Shown: piece by piece, positions 12,144 through 24,592 of the stretch | How positions within the stretch are numbered: position 1 is the stretch's first letter | Layout: the number at the start of each line of letters is the position of its first letter | Assembly (NCBI GenBank): GCA_964016885.1 | Contig: OZ024740.1 | Coordinates: 437,472,001 to 437,536,000, forward strand | Length of the DNA: 64,000 nt | From: Eledone cirrhosa | Lineage: Eukaryota | Direction of reading: 5' to 3' | Program-made: the position numbers and the translations under genes | Notes under the pieces: generated by a model | Database searches by the model: none | Seen by the model: only the letters and a program-made list of their open reading frames with translations | What the model was told of the DNA's origin: nothing

Positions 12144-12872
12144 TGTATATATATATATGTATGTGTATATATATATATGTATGTGTATATATATATGTAT
12201 GTGTATATATATATATGTATGTGTGTATATATATGTATGTGTATATATATATATGTATGTGTATATATATGTATGTGTGTATATATATATATGTATGTGT
12301 GTATATATATATATGTGTATATATATATATGTATGTGTATATATATATATGTGTATGTGTATATATATATATGTGTGTATGTATGTATATATATATGTGT
12401 ATGTGTGTATATATATATGTATATATATATATATATGTATGTATGTGTATATATATATGTATGTATGTGTATATATATATGTATGTATGTGTATATATAT
12501 ATATATGTATGTGTATGTGTATGTATGTGTATATATATATATATGTATGTGTATGTATCTATATATATATGTATCTGTATATATATATATATGTGTGTAT
12601 GTATCTGTATATATATATATATATGTATGTGTATGTATCTATATATATATGTATCTGTATATATATATATATATATATGTATCTGTATATATATATATAT
12701 GTGTGTATGTATCTGTATATATATATATATGTGTGTATGTATCTGTATATATATGTATCTGTATATATATATATATGTGTGTATGTATCTGTATGTATAT
12801 ATATGTGTGTATGCATCTGTATGTATATATATATGTGTATGTATGTGTATATATATATACATATGTGTGTAA

Positions 12873-14475
12873 AGGTGATGGACCAGGTCATGAAAGTAAC
12901 AGAAAGAGTTATAGCACAGTTGATTAGGGACCGGGTGAAACTAGATGAGATGCAATTTGGGTTTGTACCAGGAAGAGGCACCACTGATGCCCTCTTCCTT
13001 GTGAGGCAGTTACAGGAAAAGTACCTCGCTAAAAGTAAGCCACTCTACCTGGCATTCGTCAATCTCGAGAAAGCCTTTGACAGAGTTCCACGTGCTGTAA
13101 TCTGGTGGGCTCTTAGAAAACTAGGAGTAGGTGAATTGCTTGTGAAAGCTGTACAAGCCATGTATAGGGGAGCAGTCAGCAAAGTTAGGATTAGCAATGA
13201 GTATAGCAAGGAATTTAGCATACAGGTTGGTGTCCACCAGGGCTCTGTTCTTAGCCCTCTCCTGTTCATCATAGTCCTGCAGGCAATAACAGAGGAGTTT
13301 AAGACCGGATGCCCATGGGAACTCCTGTATGCTGATGACATCGCACTTATAGCTGAATCTATGGTTTGAACTAGAGAAGAAATTACAAACTTGGAAGCAG
13401 GGACTAGAAAGAAAGGGTCTCAAAGTCAACATGACAAAGACTAAGGTCCTTGTAAGTAGACAAGAAAACAGAACCCAGATCCCCTCAGGGAAATGGCCTT
13501 GCTCAGTATGTAGGAAAGGTGTAGGTAGGAACTCCATTCTCTGCCCCAAATGCAAACAATGGTTACACAAGAGATGTAGCGGGATCTCAGGAAGCTTAAT
13601 TAAGAATGTAGGCTTCACCGAATTAGCAGCGGAGGTGGGTGTTCAGAAAATACAATAACTAGGGTAAGAACGGGATGGAAGAATTTCAGGGAACTACTGC
13701 CACTGCTAGCTGCAAAAGGCTTCTCCCTCAAAATGAAAAACAGACTGTATGATGCGTGTATCCGACCAGCAATGTTACATGGTAGTGAGACCTGGGCGCT
13801 GAAGGTGGAAGACTTACGTAGATTAGAGAGAAACGAAGCCTGCATGCTCCGATGGATGTGTAATAGTAATATACGCGAACGACAAAGCATAAATGAATTG
13901 AGAGAGAGACTGAGCATAAGAGGAATCAAATGCTATATGCAGGAGAGGCGGTTGCGTTGGTATGGACATGTGATGCGTATGAAGGATGACAGCTGCATAA
14001 AAAGGTGCAGAGCACTAGAATTCAATGCAAACCGCGGAGTGGGGAGACCCAAGATGACCTGGGATGAGGTGATAAAAGCCGACCTTACCCAATTACACCT
14101 CTCAAAGGCGATGACACACGACCGTGATCTCTGGCATCACGCAGTAATACAGAGTACCCGACCTCCCATAGGTACAAGCTGAAGCATATAAACAATATGC
14201 CCCCACACCTCCGACCGCAAGGTGGTTGTGGAGTTGCCACGGCAAAAAAGCACCCAGCCCACACTGTAAAGTGGACGTGTAGGCGCCACGAAAAAGCACC
14301 CAGCACTCACTGTAAATGAGGTTGGTGTTAGGAAGGGCATCCAGCTGTAGAAATCTTGCCAAATCAGTTCCTGTATAAGCAAGGCATGGTCAGCCGACCA
14401 GACACTGCCCACAACAGGACAACTCGTCTAACCCATGCTAGCGTGGAAGAACGGACGTAAAACGGTGATGATGGT
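12873..14475 (+). mobile_element. 5'-truncated RTE LINE, subfamily A (RT, PHD-like finger, C-terminus, long 3'UTR, (GAT)n tail); frameshifted
   Basis: RT motifs [42 protein letters not shown]; RRLRWYGHVMRM; tail CATGCTAGCGTGGAAGAACGGACGTAAAACGGTGATGATG. Confidence 0.95.
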
Positions 14476-14542
14476 GTGTATGTATGTGTATATATATATA
14501 CATATGTGTGTATGTATGTGTATATATATATATACATATGTG

Positions 14543-15260
14543 GAAAGATTTGAATGGATACAGTTTAGTTGAAAGGAATTTATTGACACGTGTTTCTATA
14601 ACAGTTACATAACCTAAAACAGCTATCTACAAACTTTTAGTTATGCAGACATTCAATATTTCAATGTTATTGTTTACTGTCATTTCATCAGAATAATATT
14701 ACTGAGGACCTATTTAGTTTTTATAGAGAATATTAGGAGGAAGGGGTGAAGTTGTTAGAAGAATAGTTGAAGGAGTGGTTTTTCGATAGCAGTGAGAATT
14801 CTTGGTGGCAGTGATTAATTAGATTCCCATCTGTTGTTTTGACATTTTTTATAGAATATATTATTGGTTATTTTTCTAAATCTATAGAAGGATTAGAGAT
14901 AGTAAAGATATGCGTGGTTGGTTTTGTGTTTGCACTTAACATTCAGACTTAAATTTTTCTTTCAAGTGTACTAAATAGGTCCTCAGTAATATTATTCTGA
15001 TGAAATGACAGTAAACAATAACATTGAAATATTGAATGTCTGCATAACTAAAAGTTTGTAGATAGCTGTTTTAGGTTATGTAACTGTTATAGAAACACGT
15101 GTCAATAAATTCCTTTCAACTAAACTGTATCCATTCAAATCTTTCTATTTTTCTCCGGATTACTTTTGGAACTACAACTGGAACCGTCGAGCAAACTCTA
15201 CGTGAGCTGATAATCTACTGTGTGTAATATTTATATTACAACACAACGGAAAAAACTGTA
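14543..15260. mobile_element. Penelope-like element remnant: inverted pLTR pair (arms 14543-14718 and 14970-15145) with 3' extension
   Basis: 176-bp arms read as exact reverse complements around a 251-bp spacer; each arm holds a hammerhead core; embedded in (TA)/(TATG) tracts. Confidence 0.8.
14992..15108 (+). ncRNA. Type-I hammerhead ribozyme motif (mirror copy on the - strand at ~14580-14696)
   Basis: Stem I TTATT/AATAA; core CTGATGA; stem II ATGACAGT/ACTGTTAT; GAAA; palindromic stem III ACACGTGT; GUC cleavage triplet. Confidence 0.75.
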
Positions 15261-15556
15261 TATATACATATGTGTGTATGTATGTGTATATATATATACA
15301 TATGTGTGTGTGTATGAGTATATATATATGTATGTGTGTATATATATATATGTATGTGTGTATATATATGTATGTGTGTATATATATGTATGTGTGTATA
15401 TATATGTATGTGTGTATATATATATGTATGTGTGTATATATATATGTATGTGTGTATATATATATATGTGTATGTGTGTATATATATATATATATATGTA
15501 TGTATGTGTATAGATATATATATATGTATGTATGTGTATAGATATATATGTGTATG

Positions 15557-15593
<37 letters not shown>

Positions 15594-15962
15594 ATGTATG
15601 TGTATATATATATATATATGTGTATGTATGTGTATAGATAGATATATATATGTGTATGTATGTGTATATATATATATGTATGTATGTGTATATATAGATA
15701 TATACTTATGTATGTGTGTGTGTATATATATATATACTTATGTATGTGTGTGTATATATATATATACTTATGTATGTGTGTGTATATATATATAGTGGTG
15801 TTCTCTCAGTTGTCTGAATGAATTCATACAAGCAAGAAACTCAGACTAGCAACAGGGGAAATCATGAGCATTGAATATATATTAGCATGTCTCATATATA
15901 TATATATATGTGTGTGTGTGTATATATACATACATATGCATGTGTATATGTGTGTGTGTGTG

Positions 15963-15998
<36 letters not shown>
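15260..15998. repeat. (TATG)/(TA)/(TG) microsatellite field
   Basis: Direct reading. Confidence 0.95.
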
Positions 15999-16000
<2 letters not shown>

Positions 16001-16340
16001 AAGGTTGTGAGTTTAATTCTCAGACCGGGTGATGTGTTGTTTCCTTGAGCAAGACACTTTATTTCACATTGCTCCAGTTTACTCAGCTGTAGAAATGAGA
16101 TGATAGGACTGGGGTCCCTATCATTCCACTGCAAAGTTGTTATGGAGGTGTCACGGCAAAAAAGCACCCAGCCCACACTAAAGTGGACGTGTAGGCGCCA
16201 CAGAAAAAAAGCACACAGCACACACTGTAAATGAGGTTGGTGTTAGGAAGGGCATCCAGCTGTTGAAATCAAGCCAGAATCAGTTCCCATCCCACTCTTG
16301 CAAGCAGGGAAAAGCGGACGTAAAATGAAATGATGATGAT
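15999..16340 (+). mobile_element. tRNA/CORE SINE family S1, 5'-truncated, with RTE-derived tail
   Basis: CORE-like CCTTGAGCAAGACACTTTATTTCACATTGCTCCAG; matches 61719-62107; (GAT)n tail. Confidence 0.88.
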
Positions 16341-18180
16341 TATGTATATATAATGAAATGTTGTCATCCCAAAGCAAAGATCATAATAATAGTTTCAGGT
16401 TTAGGCTGAAGACAAAAGATAATTATAATAATAGTAGTCACTCCAGTAAAATAGCCCTGAGGACAGAAAGAAGTGACCGGAGGCACTGGTGAAGGCTCAA
16501 ACCCCTCATCTCTGGTTGCCAGGCAAAGGCATTAACCATTATATTAAAGAGCTGCTAGCTTCTAATTCTCTCTGTTTAGAAGACATTAAGCCTGTAGCTA
16601 GGAATACAATTAATTGTTTGACTTAAGAAAAATGGAGAATTTTGAAATGTTGTTGTCCCAATGTATATGTCCTTAATAATAGTAGTGAACGTCTGTAAAC
16701 AATAACTGAGAAAACCAGGGAAATTATGGGAGGATTAAATAAAATATTAAATTTTGTCAGTGCTTCTTAAGTCAGTGAATATTTGATGTATTTAAACACA
16801 CAAACCTGAAACATGAACACCACATACACACCATATACCACTACTACACCACAGACACATTCCCATGAACACCACACCACACTATACACACACACACACA
16901 TTCATCTCACACACACATACACACACCACCACCCTACCTCATTGTGCACACACTACACACAATTCCCACCACCAACAACAAACAAATAACACACATTTCC
17001 ACTCACACCATGCACTCATTCATCCAACCCACCCCACATACACACACATTTCCCAACACACACACACACACACACATTGTTTCTGAGAACAACAAGATTT
17101 TTCAGAAAAGACAACTAACTAGTTTGATTCTCTGAAATAACTCCTGCAGTTTCTTCTTACTTTGATTGAGTCCTACAATATATTTTACATTCTATTACAA
17201 ACCCTATTGCTATGTCCTTACAGCTCTGTTGATATAAACCAACATTGTTACAATCACTGATTCAGTCAGCTGGCTTGTCTTTTATAGAAGTTTTACAGTC
17301 TACTTTGAAATAAGTAGTGCTTTATGACAAGGGTTGTTGTTATTATGATGAATGTAGTATTTTTGGTGTAAATCTATTTTGATGTTTCTGTTCAATATAT
17401 TTGTTGGTACAGGATAATAAAGCTGTTTTAAGCCCCGTTCAGCTCTGATCAGGCCCAGGTCACCTCAGGCCCAATTCAGCTCTGATCAAGAAGAGCTCTG
17501 ATCAGGCCCAGGTCACCTCTGATCAAGAAGAACTCTGATCAAAGACATTTTGAATAATGCCAGAAAGGTGGAGAGGACTCTCCAGCTGTATCAAAGACAT
17601 GACAACCTCTCTAGTGTTGGTGATCTACACAATAAGCACACCCAGTACACTCTGTAAAGTGGTTGGTAATAGGAATGGCATCCAGCTGTAGAAAACCTCC
17701 GATCTGTGGCAAAGACATGACAACCTGCCTAGTTAGTGTCTGTGATATACACAATAAAATACACTAAAGATGTAGTCCCCTGGAGCATCTGGGAAGCTCT
17801 GGCTGAATACTAACTCTGTGTGTACTGACTACTGGAGCACCTTGCCCACCTACAGTTAGTATGGTCAGATAGACCCACAACTGTAACTTATAAATGAAAA
17901 AAAAAAAAATCTAATATTAAGAAATGATTAATCATCAACTACTTTGATATTTATATAGATTACAGTTGAAATATTTTGTAAATATTGCATTACTATGTGG
18001 TGAAAACTAATGAAACAATTTGTCAGGTTTTTAAAACATTGAAACCTTTGCAAGATATTTCTTTAAGGATATTTCTTTTAAATTTCCTTCTCTTTTTCAA
18101 CAAGAAAGCCGATATCTTTTGATATATGAGTTCATGTATCTGTAGATATATCTATTGATATATGTATGTATATTGATATA

Positions 18181-19267
18181 GTACATCAGGGTTCGGTCCT
18201 CAGCCCACTCTTGTTCATTATAGTCCTCCAAGCCATAACAGAGGAGTTTAAGACTGGCTGTCCATGGGAACTTCTCTATGCTGACGATCTGGTTCTTATA
18301 GCAGAATCAGTAGAGGAGCTAGAGAATAAATTCTGGCTATGGAAACAGCAGTTGGAATCAAGAGGACTGAGAGTGAATCTAGCTAAGACAAAAGTGTTGA
18401 TGAGTAGAAAAGAGGACAAAACCCTGATTCCGTCAGGGAAATGGCCATGCTCGATATGCAGAAAAGGAACTGGCATAAATTCTATAAAATGCAGACAATG
18501 CAGATCCTGGGTACACAAGAGATGTAGCGGGATAGCAGGCAAACTAACAGGTAGGGAGAAATATGTATGCAGTAGATGTACAGGGAAATTAGACAGTAGA
18601 AGTCGCACTGATAGACACATTTTTCAAATGCAAGAAGGCGCTATAGAAGTGGTGGATAGCTTCCGGTACCTAGGAGATCAGATTAGCAGGGGAGGAGGGT
18701 GTTCCGAGGCCATAGTATCTAGAATAAGGATGGGTTGGAAGAAGTTTAGGGAGCTGCTTCCCCTGTTGACGAAGAAGGGTTTCTCCCTGCGTACAAAAGG
18801 CCGGTTGTATGATGCCTGTGTGAGGACCGCGATGCTGCATGGTAGTGAGACATGGGCAGCAACTGAAGAGGATATGCGACGGCTGGAGAGAAATGAGGCA
18901 AGCATGCTCCGTTGGATGTGCAGTGTAAATGTGCGTGAACGACCCAGCATAAATGTGTTGAGAGAGAAACTGTGTCTGAGAGGGATAGAATGTAGTGTAC
19001 GGGAGAGGAGACTGAGGTGGTATGGACATGTGATGCGCATGGAGGATGACCGATGGGTGAAGAAGTGCCAGGAATTGCCAGTTGAAGGAAGACGTGGTAG
19101 AGGTAGACCACGAAAAACATGGGCGGAGGTGGTGAGAACAGACCTCAGATCATTGAAGCTCACGGTGGAGATGACGAGGGACCGTGACGAGTGGAGAGAT
19201 GCTGTGCTGAATAAGACCCGTCCCACCCGTGCAAGCAGGGAAAAGTGGACGTAAAATGATGATGATG
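18181..19267 (+). mobile_element. 5'-truncated RTE LINE, subfamily B, with an uninterrupted ~357-codon ORF and almost no 3'UTR
   Basis: [18 protein letters not shown]4HC3 finger, FRYLG, RRLRWYGHVMRM, RGRPRKTW; stop at 19254 directly followed by (GAT)n. Confidence 0.95.
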
Positions 19268-20469
19268 TAGTTATATCTGATAATATCACTATTGATAGCT
19301 GTAGATATATGTATATATATTGTTATATGTAGTTATATCTGATAATATCACTATTGATGGCTGTGGATTTATCTATTGACATCTTGTGTAGTCACCAACT
19401 AGTTTTGAATGTAGCCAGGATAGGAAAAGTAGTTTATGTTGATACCTCTTGATGAAAAACATGTTATAAAGCCAGTCGGTACAGTCTAATTTTACTGCAC
19501 AAACTCGTTACTGAACTTCAGTTATTATAAACTCCTTTTAAGTATTATAAACTCCTTTTAAGTAGCCATGAAAATGTATCTAAAAGGAAAACAAAACATA
19601 AATATCTATATTATAAATCATATACATAGACAGATGCCATCATCATTTTTAACACCCATTTTCTATGGGTCATCACAGACCAAGTCAGTACTTAGTCATT
19701 TAATCTTAGCTAATGTCCTCATATACAAGTTGTGGGACGGGGGTGTCTTATATACACGCACGCACACACTCACACATTGCATGTCTACGTGTGTGGTTCA
19801 AAGTTTGCAATAAAGTTTAGCTGCTTTTATTATTCCTAGTTTCCATTTTCTATGTTTTTGAACTTGACATTCATGTTGAATTTTTCAACTTTGTAAATAT
19901 CAGCAAATGTGTTTTGATCTTTCTTCCTCTGTGTGTGGAGTGAGAGACGAGGGAAGAGGAAAGATTAAGATTTTGACATTTTGATTTCCGATATAAGTAA
20001 AAAGGGAAATATAAGGTTTCTTTTGATGTCATGGGAAGGTACATCAGCATAGATTTGGCCATTTGAAAATCCTTTGATTTAGCAATCCTGTCTGATGGAT
20101 AGGATTAGGTTTAATGGTTTACTTGACATAAAAAATATATATTTACCATTTACACAGTAATAAATAATCCGAAACTTCCTTTACAACGAAATATTAATAT
20201 ATTTAATTCAATTTTCATATTAAGGATGTAAATCTTAGGCTTTTAAGAAAATAACAATTTTGAAATGAATGTATTCTGGCATTTCCTTTCTGTTACTGTG
20301 ATTTATTCTACCTACATCCAGGAAAAGCTTAACGACAGTTTACCTGCAGTTTGGCAATATCTAGACAGTAAATATATCATTAATTGCTATGATCTAACAT
20401 ACACATACACACACATACATTCTACATATATACATACATACAGCATTTGTTATATCTTACCTTGTCAGT

Positions 20470-20872
20470 CACTCTATAGGTTACAGTCTCTCTCTATAGG
20501 TTGTAGTCTCTCTCTATAGGTTGTAGTCTCTCTCTATAAGTTACAGTCTCTCTCTATAGGTTACAGTCTCTCACTATAGGTTACAGTCTCTCTCTATAGG
20601 TTACAGTCTCTCTCTATAGGTTGTAGTCTCTCTCTATAGGTTGTAGTCTCTCTCTATAAGTTACAGTCTCTCTCTATAGGTTACAGTCTCTCACTATAGG
20701 TTACAGTCTCTCTCTATAGGTTACAGTCTCTCTATAGGTTACAGTCTCTCTCTATAGGTTGTAGTCTCTCTTTATAGGTTGTAGTCTCTCTCTATAGGTT
20801 ACAGTCTCTCTCTATAGGTTACAGTCTCTCTCTATAGGTTACAGTCTCTCTCTATAGGTTGTAGTCTCTCCC
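20470..20872. repeat. 20-bp minisatellite (TCTCTCTATAGGTTACAGTC / ...TTGTAGTC)
   Basis: About 20 tandem copies. Confidence 0.95.
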
Positions 20873-21019
20873 TCTAATATTTAGTATACAGAAAGATTTA
20901 ATGAGATATGTTTTAAAATTTCTCTCCTGAATAACAAACTAAAATAAAACAAGGTGTAGCATGATAAAATTTATACAATTAAATAACAGAAATCACAAAA
21001 AAGTTCTTAAACTATTGAT

Positions 21020-21516
21020 TAACTATTGATACCAGCCTGAAACTGTCCTTGGTTTTATGATATAAAGCGGCCAGTTTTAAAGTGTTTCTAATTATACTGA
21101 AAACATTCATCATGTTTTGGCTAAGAACCTTTAGTTAAGCAATGTTGTTATATTTAGGGAGGGTCGTGATGTTATATTTGGGGAGGGTCATGTTGTTCTA
21201 ATATTGTACCAAAATAGTAAAACACACTGTTTGGTTTGGTTTCAATACTGAAACCAAACCAGTGTGTTTTACTATTTTGGGGCAATATTAGGACAACATG
21301 ACCCTTCCCAAATATAACAATTTCTGTTTCAACACATGATTTCATATCAAAAACCTTGCAAAACAAATACATCGCTGTGTTAAGTAATGCTTTAAACACT
21401 AACCCATTGATGAAAAAGTTGTTTTTTTCATAAATTCCTCTGAATTTTGATTATTTTCAAAATAAACAGAAAGACATTGGCGGTGTTTCATTGGAAATAT
21501 GATAACAAAAAGGTTA
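21020..21516. mobile_element. Family-2 TTAA MITE interrupted by a fold-back element
   Basis: Left part TTGATACCAGCCTGAAAC..., right end GGAAATATGATAACAAAAAGG-TTAA; palindrome lies inside. Confidence 0.45.
21170..21319. repeat. 150-bp near-perfect palindrome (fold-back MITE)
   Basis: TGTTATATTTGGGAGGGTCATGTTG...GGTTTCA / TGAAACC...CAACATGACCCTTCCCAAATATAACA with a loop of a few nt. Confidence 0.9.
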
Positions 21517-22671
21517 ATAGGTCTGCTTGTAGCAACACTTGGATAAATTTTAATTCATGACAATTTAAATCAGAATTATATTTTAATGTCCATATATTTA
21601 CTTTGTGAATTATATAGCTAGTCATTTAGTGCCATGACTAACCTCAGAACATATGATAATCAGTTCAATAATGGTTAGATAAATGTTTACCATCCACATA
21701 TAACAATATATAGTTCTTCAAATGTTTACCATCCACATATAACAATATATAGTTTCCCAAATGCAGAAAATATGTTGATAGAAGGTCAAGTTCAACCAGC
21801 TGATATTATTCATTGTCATTACAAAGTCAACTTTAATGGATAATTAAATTTACTTCTTTTGAAAGGTTAAGCCTGATTCTATTGTATATACTTAAACTAT
21901 AAAATATACTTCTGATTATGCTGTACTTTTATTTGATTTATACATGGTATCAATTGCTTCTCTATCAATCTTGTATAGCTAGTCTATTTAATCAATCAGT
22001 CACTCTAATTTTTCTCAGCCTCTCTTCTTCATCCACTCAACTTTTTCCCACCCACACACTCTCTTGCCAACCACACTGGAAATCTCTCTGGCAGCAGTTT
22101 TCACATTTTAACATATAAGTGAAGTGTCATTACAATTCTGTTTGATATCATTGTAACATGTTACACTAGAACTACAGTTAGCATTTGCTTTGTCCATTTA
22201 CACAAGAGAGACATTTGTTCCCAATTTGCTCTAGGCTGAGGAGGTTCATCTGAGAGAAATATTTGCTTTAATATTTAGCATGATCAACACAATTGACTGG
22301 CTCAGAGCAATGCTGTTGTAGCAACATAACATTTAAGGCTTGTGGCAACTGTTATGTTATGACAGATTTCTTAGTGAGTAGAGATTATGACTCACTTTCA
22401 ATTAGTTCTTTTGAACCATTTCAGTTTCACTGCCAACACCTTTCTCAAATGGAATATTACTCTTTCCTACCATCCTCTTTCCTATCAATATATGAAACCT
22501 AATCAATATTTAATGCTTGTTATTTTCAACATGCACTGTTTGTTTTTCTAACCAGTATTTCTGAAGTAAATATTTTTGAGGGCCTGAGAAGATTATGGGC
22601 TCTGCCTCTTTCTCCAGACATAACAAGTAAAAAACTATATATATATATGTGTGTGTATATATATATATATA

Positions 22672-22740
<69 letters not shown>

Positions 22741-22819
22741 CCTAATATATCCCTTCCATATACTGTACCGATTGTGTTGTTATTTCTGTTTACCTTTTAC
22801 ATATATATATATATATATA

Positions 22820-22950
22820 TAGGTATTAGGATTGGTGTTCTGAAATAGCGATGTATACATGAATGTATGTATAGTATATTTGGCAATATACCGTATGTTT
22901 AATTAAAAACATTTATTGGTGCTATTTCAGAGCACCAATCCTAATACCTA
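22820..22950. repeat. 30-bp inverted repeat next to (TA)n
   Basis: TAGGTATTAGGATTGGTGTTCTGAAATAGC (22820-22849) versus GCTATTTCAGAGCACCAATCCTAATACCTA (22921-22950), one mismatch. Confidence 0.85.
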
Positions 22951-23767
22951 ATTTTTGTTGGACTGGCAATCGCTCTGTAGAGTTGTAAACAAATAATTAT
23001 GTTGACATCTCACACAAAAAAAAAAAAAAAAAAATGTTTTTCATGTGTGTAAAACTTATAAACATTGTTTTCTATCAGCTGGCTCTAATTAGATGTTATA
23101 TTTCTTGTCTGTCAATTAACAATGGTGATATAAAAACACCAGTTAATCTGTTCTGGGTATAAAAACATATTGCTATGATATCTATGGTTGTGGGACTTTG
23201 ATACACTATACTGGCAATGATGGAAATTATTTTAGCTAAATACTTTCTTTTTATTTAAACACAGCCTTAAGCAAAGTTGCAAACGGTATTTTCCAAGAGG
23301 CAACACAGGATTTCTACAGGTCAAACACTGAATCTAAAATAAAAGACACATAAAGAAGTAGAGACTTTTAGACAAGTATAAATGGTAATTGGGATTAAAA
23401 AAATATAACATGAATATATATATATTGTAATTTTTTAGCTACCTATTATTTATGTTTTATGTATTCTTTTCCACAGGAATTTTTACTTTGAAATTTATCT
23501 TCATGAATTAACTGTTCTCACTACTTAGGAATTGTTATATAACCTATTTGAATCTGTTCCTAATGATATACTGGTCTTAATGCTTTCTTTGTATATTCTA
23601 AGCACTGCTATTATTTTCTGTTTCGGTATTTTGCTTCTGTAACTATTGTCAAGAAATTTAGTTCTCTCTCTATTGACACCCATTTTGTCATAAACTGTTA
23701 TAAACTGTCTTTCAATGTTTAGCTGTCATTTACATAACAAAAGGTATCTATTACTCACCCTATTCAT

Positions 23768-23912
23768 ACCTATTCTATACTATTATAGGGGCTTACCCAT
23801 TCTATACCATTATAGGGGCTTGCCCTTTCTATACCATTATAGGGGCTTGCCCTTTCTATACCATTATAGGGGCTTGCCCGTACCTATTCTATACTATTAT
23901 AGGTGTTTGCCC
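23768..23912. repeat. 27-bp minisatellite (CTATACCATTATAGGGGCTTGCCCTTT)
   Basis: About 5 tandem copies. Confidence 0.9.
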
Positions 23913-24592
23913 ATACAGAATTTTGTTTCTGTCCCCTTGCCTTCCAGTGACTAAATGTTAGTTTCTTCAAAGGTTAGAATACAAACTATTATTTTCTTGT
24001 ATTCATTTCTACACGCACACACACCTATATATCAGTGGTGATGGGTAACCTGGAAAGCAGGGCATGCAGTCCAATTGCCATGGCAGAAAGTGGGGCTGTG
24101 CAGCCCCCCCCCCCCCCCCCCCCCATTCCCTCTAAATGACCCTCCCAGTCAAAGCCGCATGTAGTGTTGTCTAGTGTATGTGTTATCTTTTTATGTGTCT
24201 ACGTTTTAATAAGCAGCTAAAATTCTGCAATCTTCAACTCAAGATTCTATAACACATGCACGCACCCTTCACCCCTGCTATATACCTGTACACATACTCA
24301 CCTACACACACATATATACACATACACCTGTACACCTACACACCTGTACACCTATACACCTGTACACATACACACCTGTACACCTATACACCTGTACACA
24401 TACACACCTGTACACATACACACCTGTACACCTGCAATAAAACTTCATGAATAAGAAATTGTCATTTTTCTAAACTTAGTCTTTTCTAAGTTTTAAAGCA
24501 ATTTTAACATTTCAGTGCGCGCGCACACAGACGCACACACAGACACAGAGACAGACACACACGCACACACACACACACACACACAGACACAC

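Larger units (their letters stand above)
10660..12870. repeat. Compound (TA)n/(TATG)n/(TG)n microsatellite field hosting several insertions
   Basis: Direct reading; source of the Y/I/M/C/V-only ORFs. Confidence 0.95.

Noticed and set aside
10731-12927. Long ORFs of Y/I/M/C/V/H/T residues (also 15220-15795 and 34111-34691)
   Set aside because: Translations of dinucleotide/tetranucleotide microsatellites; only the part of ORF 12143-13369 after ~12873 is real RT sequence.
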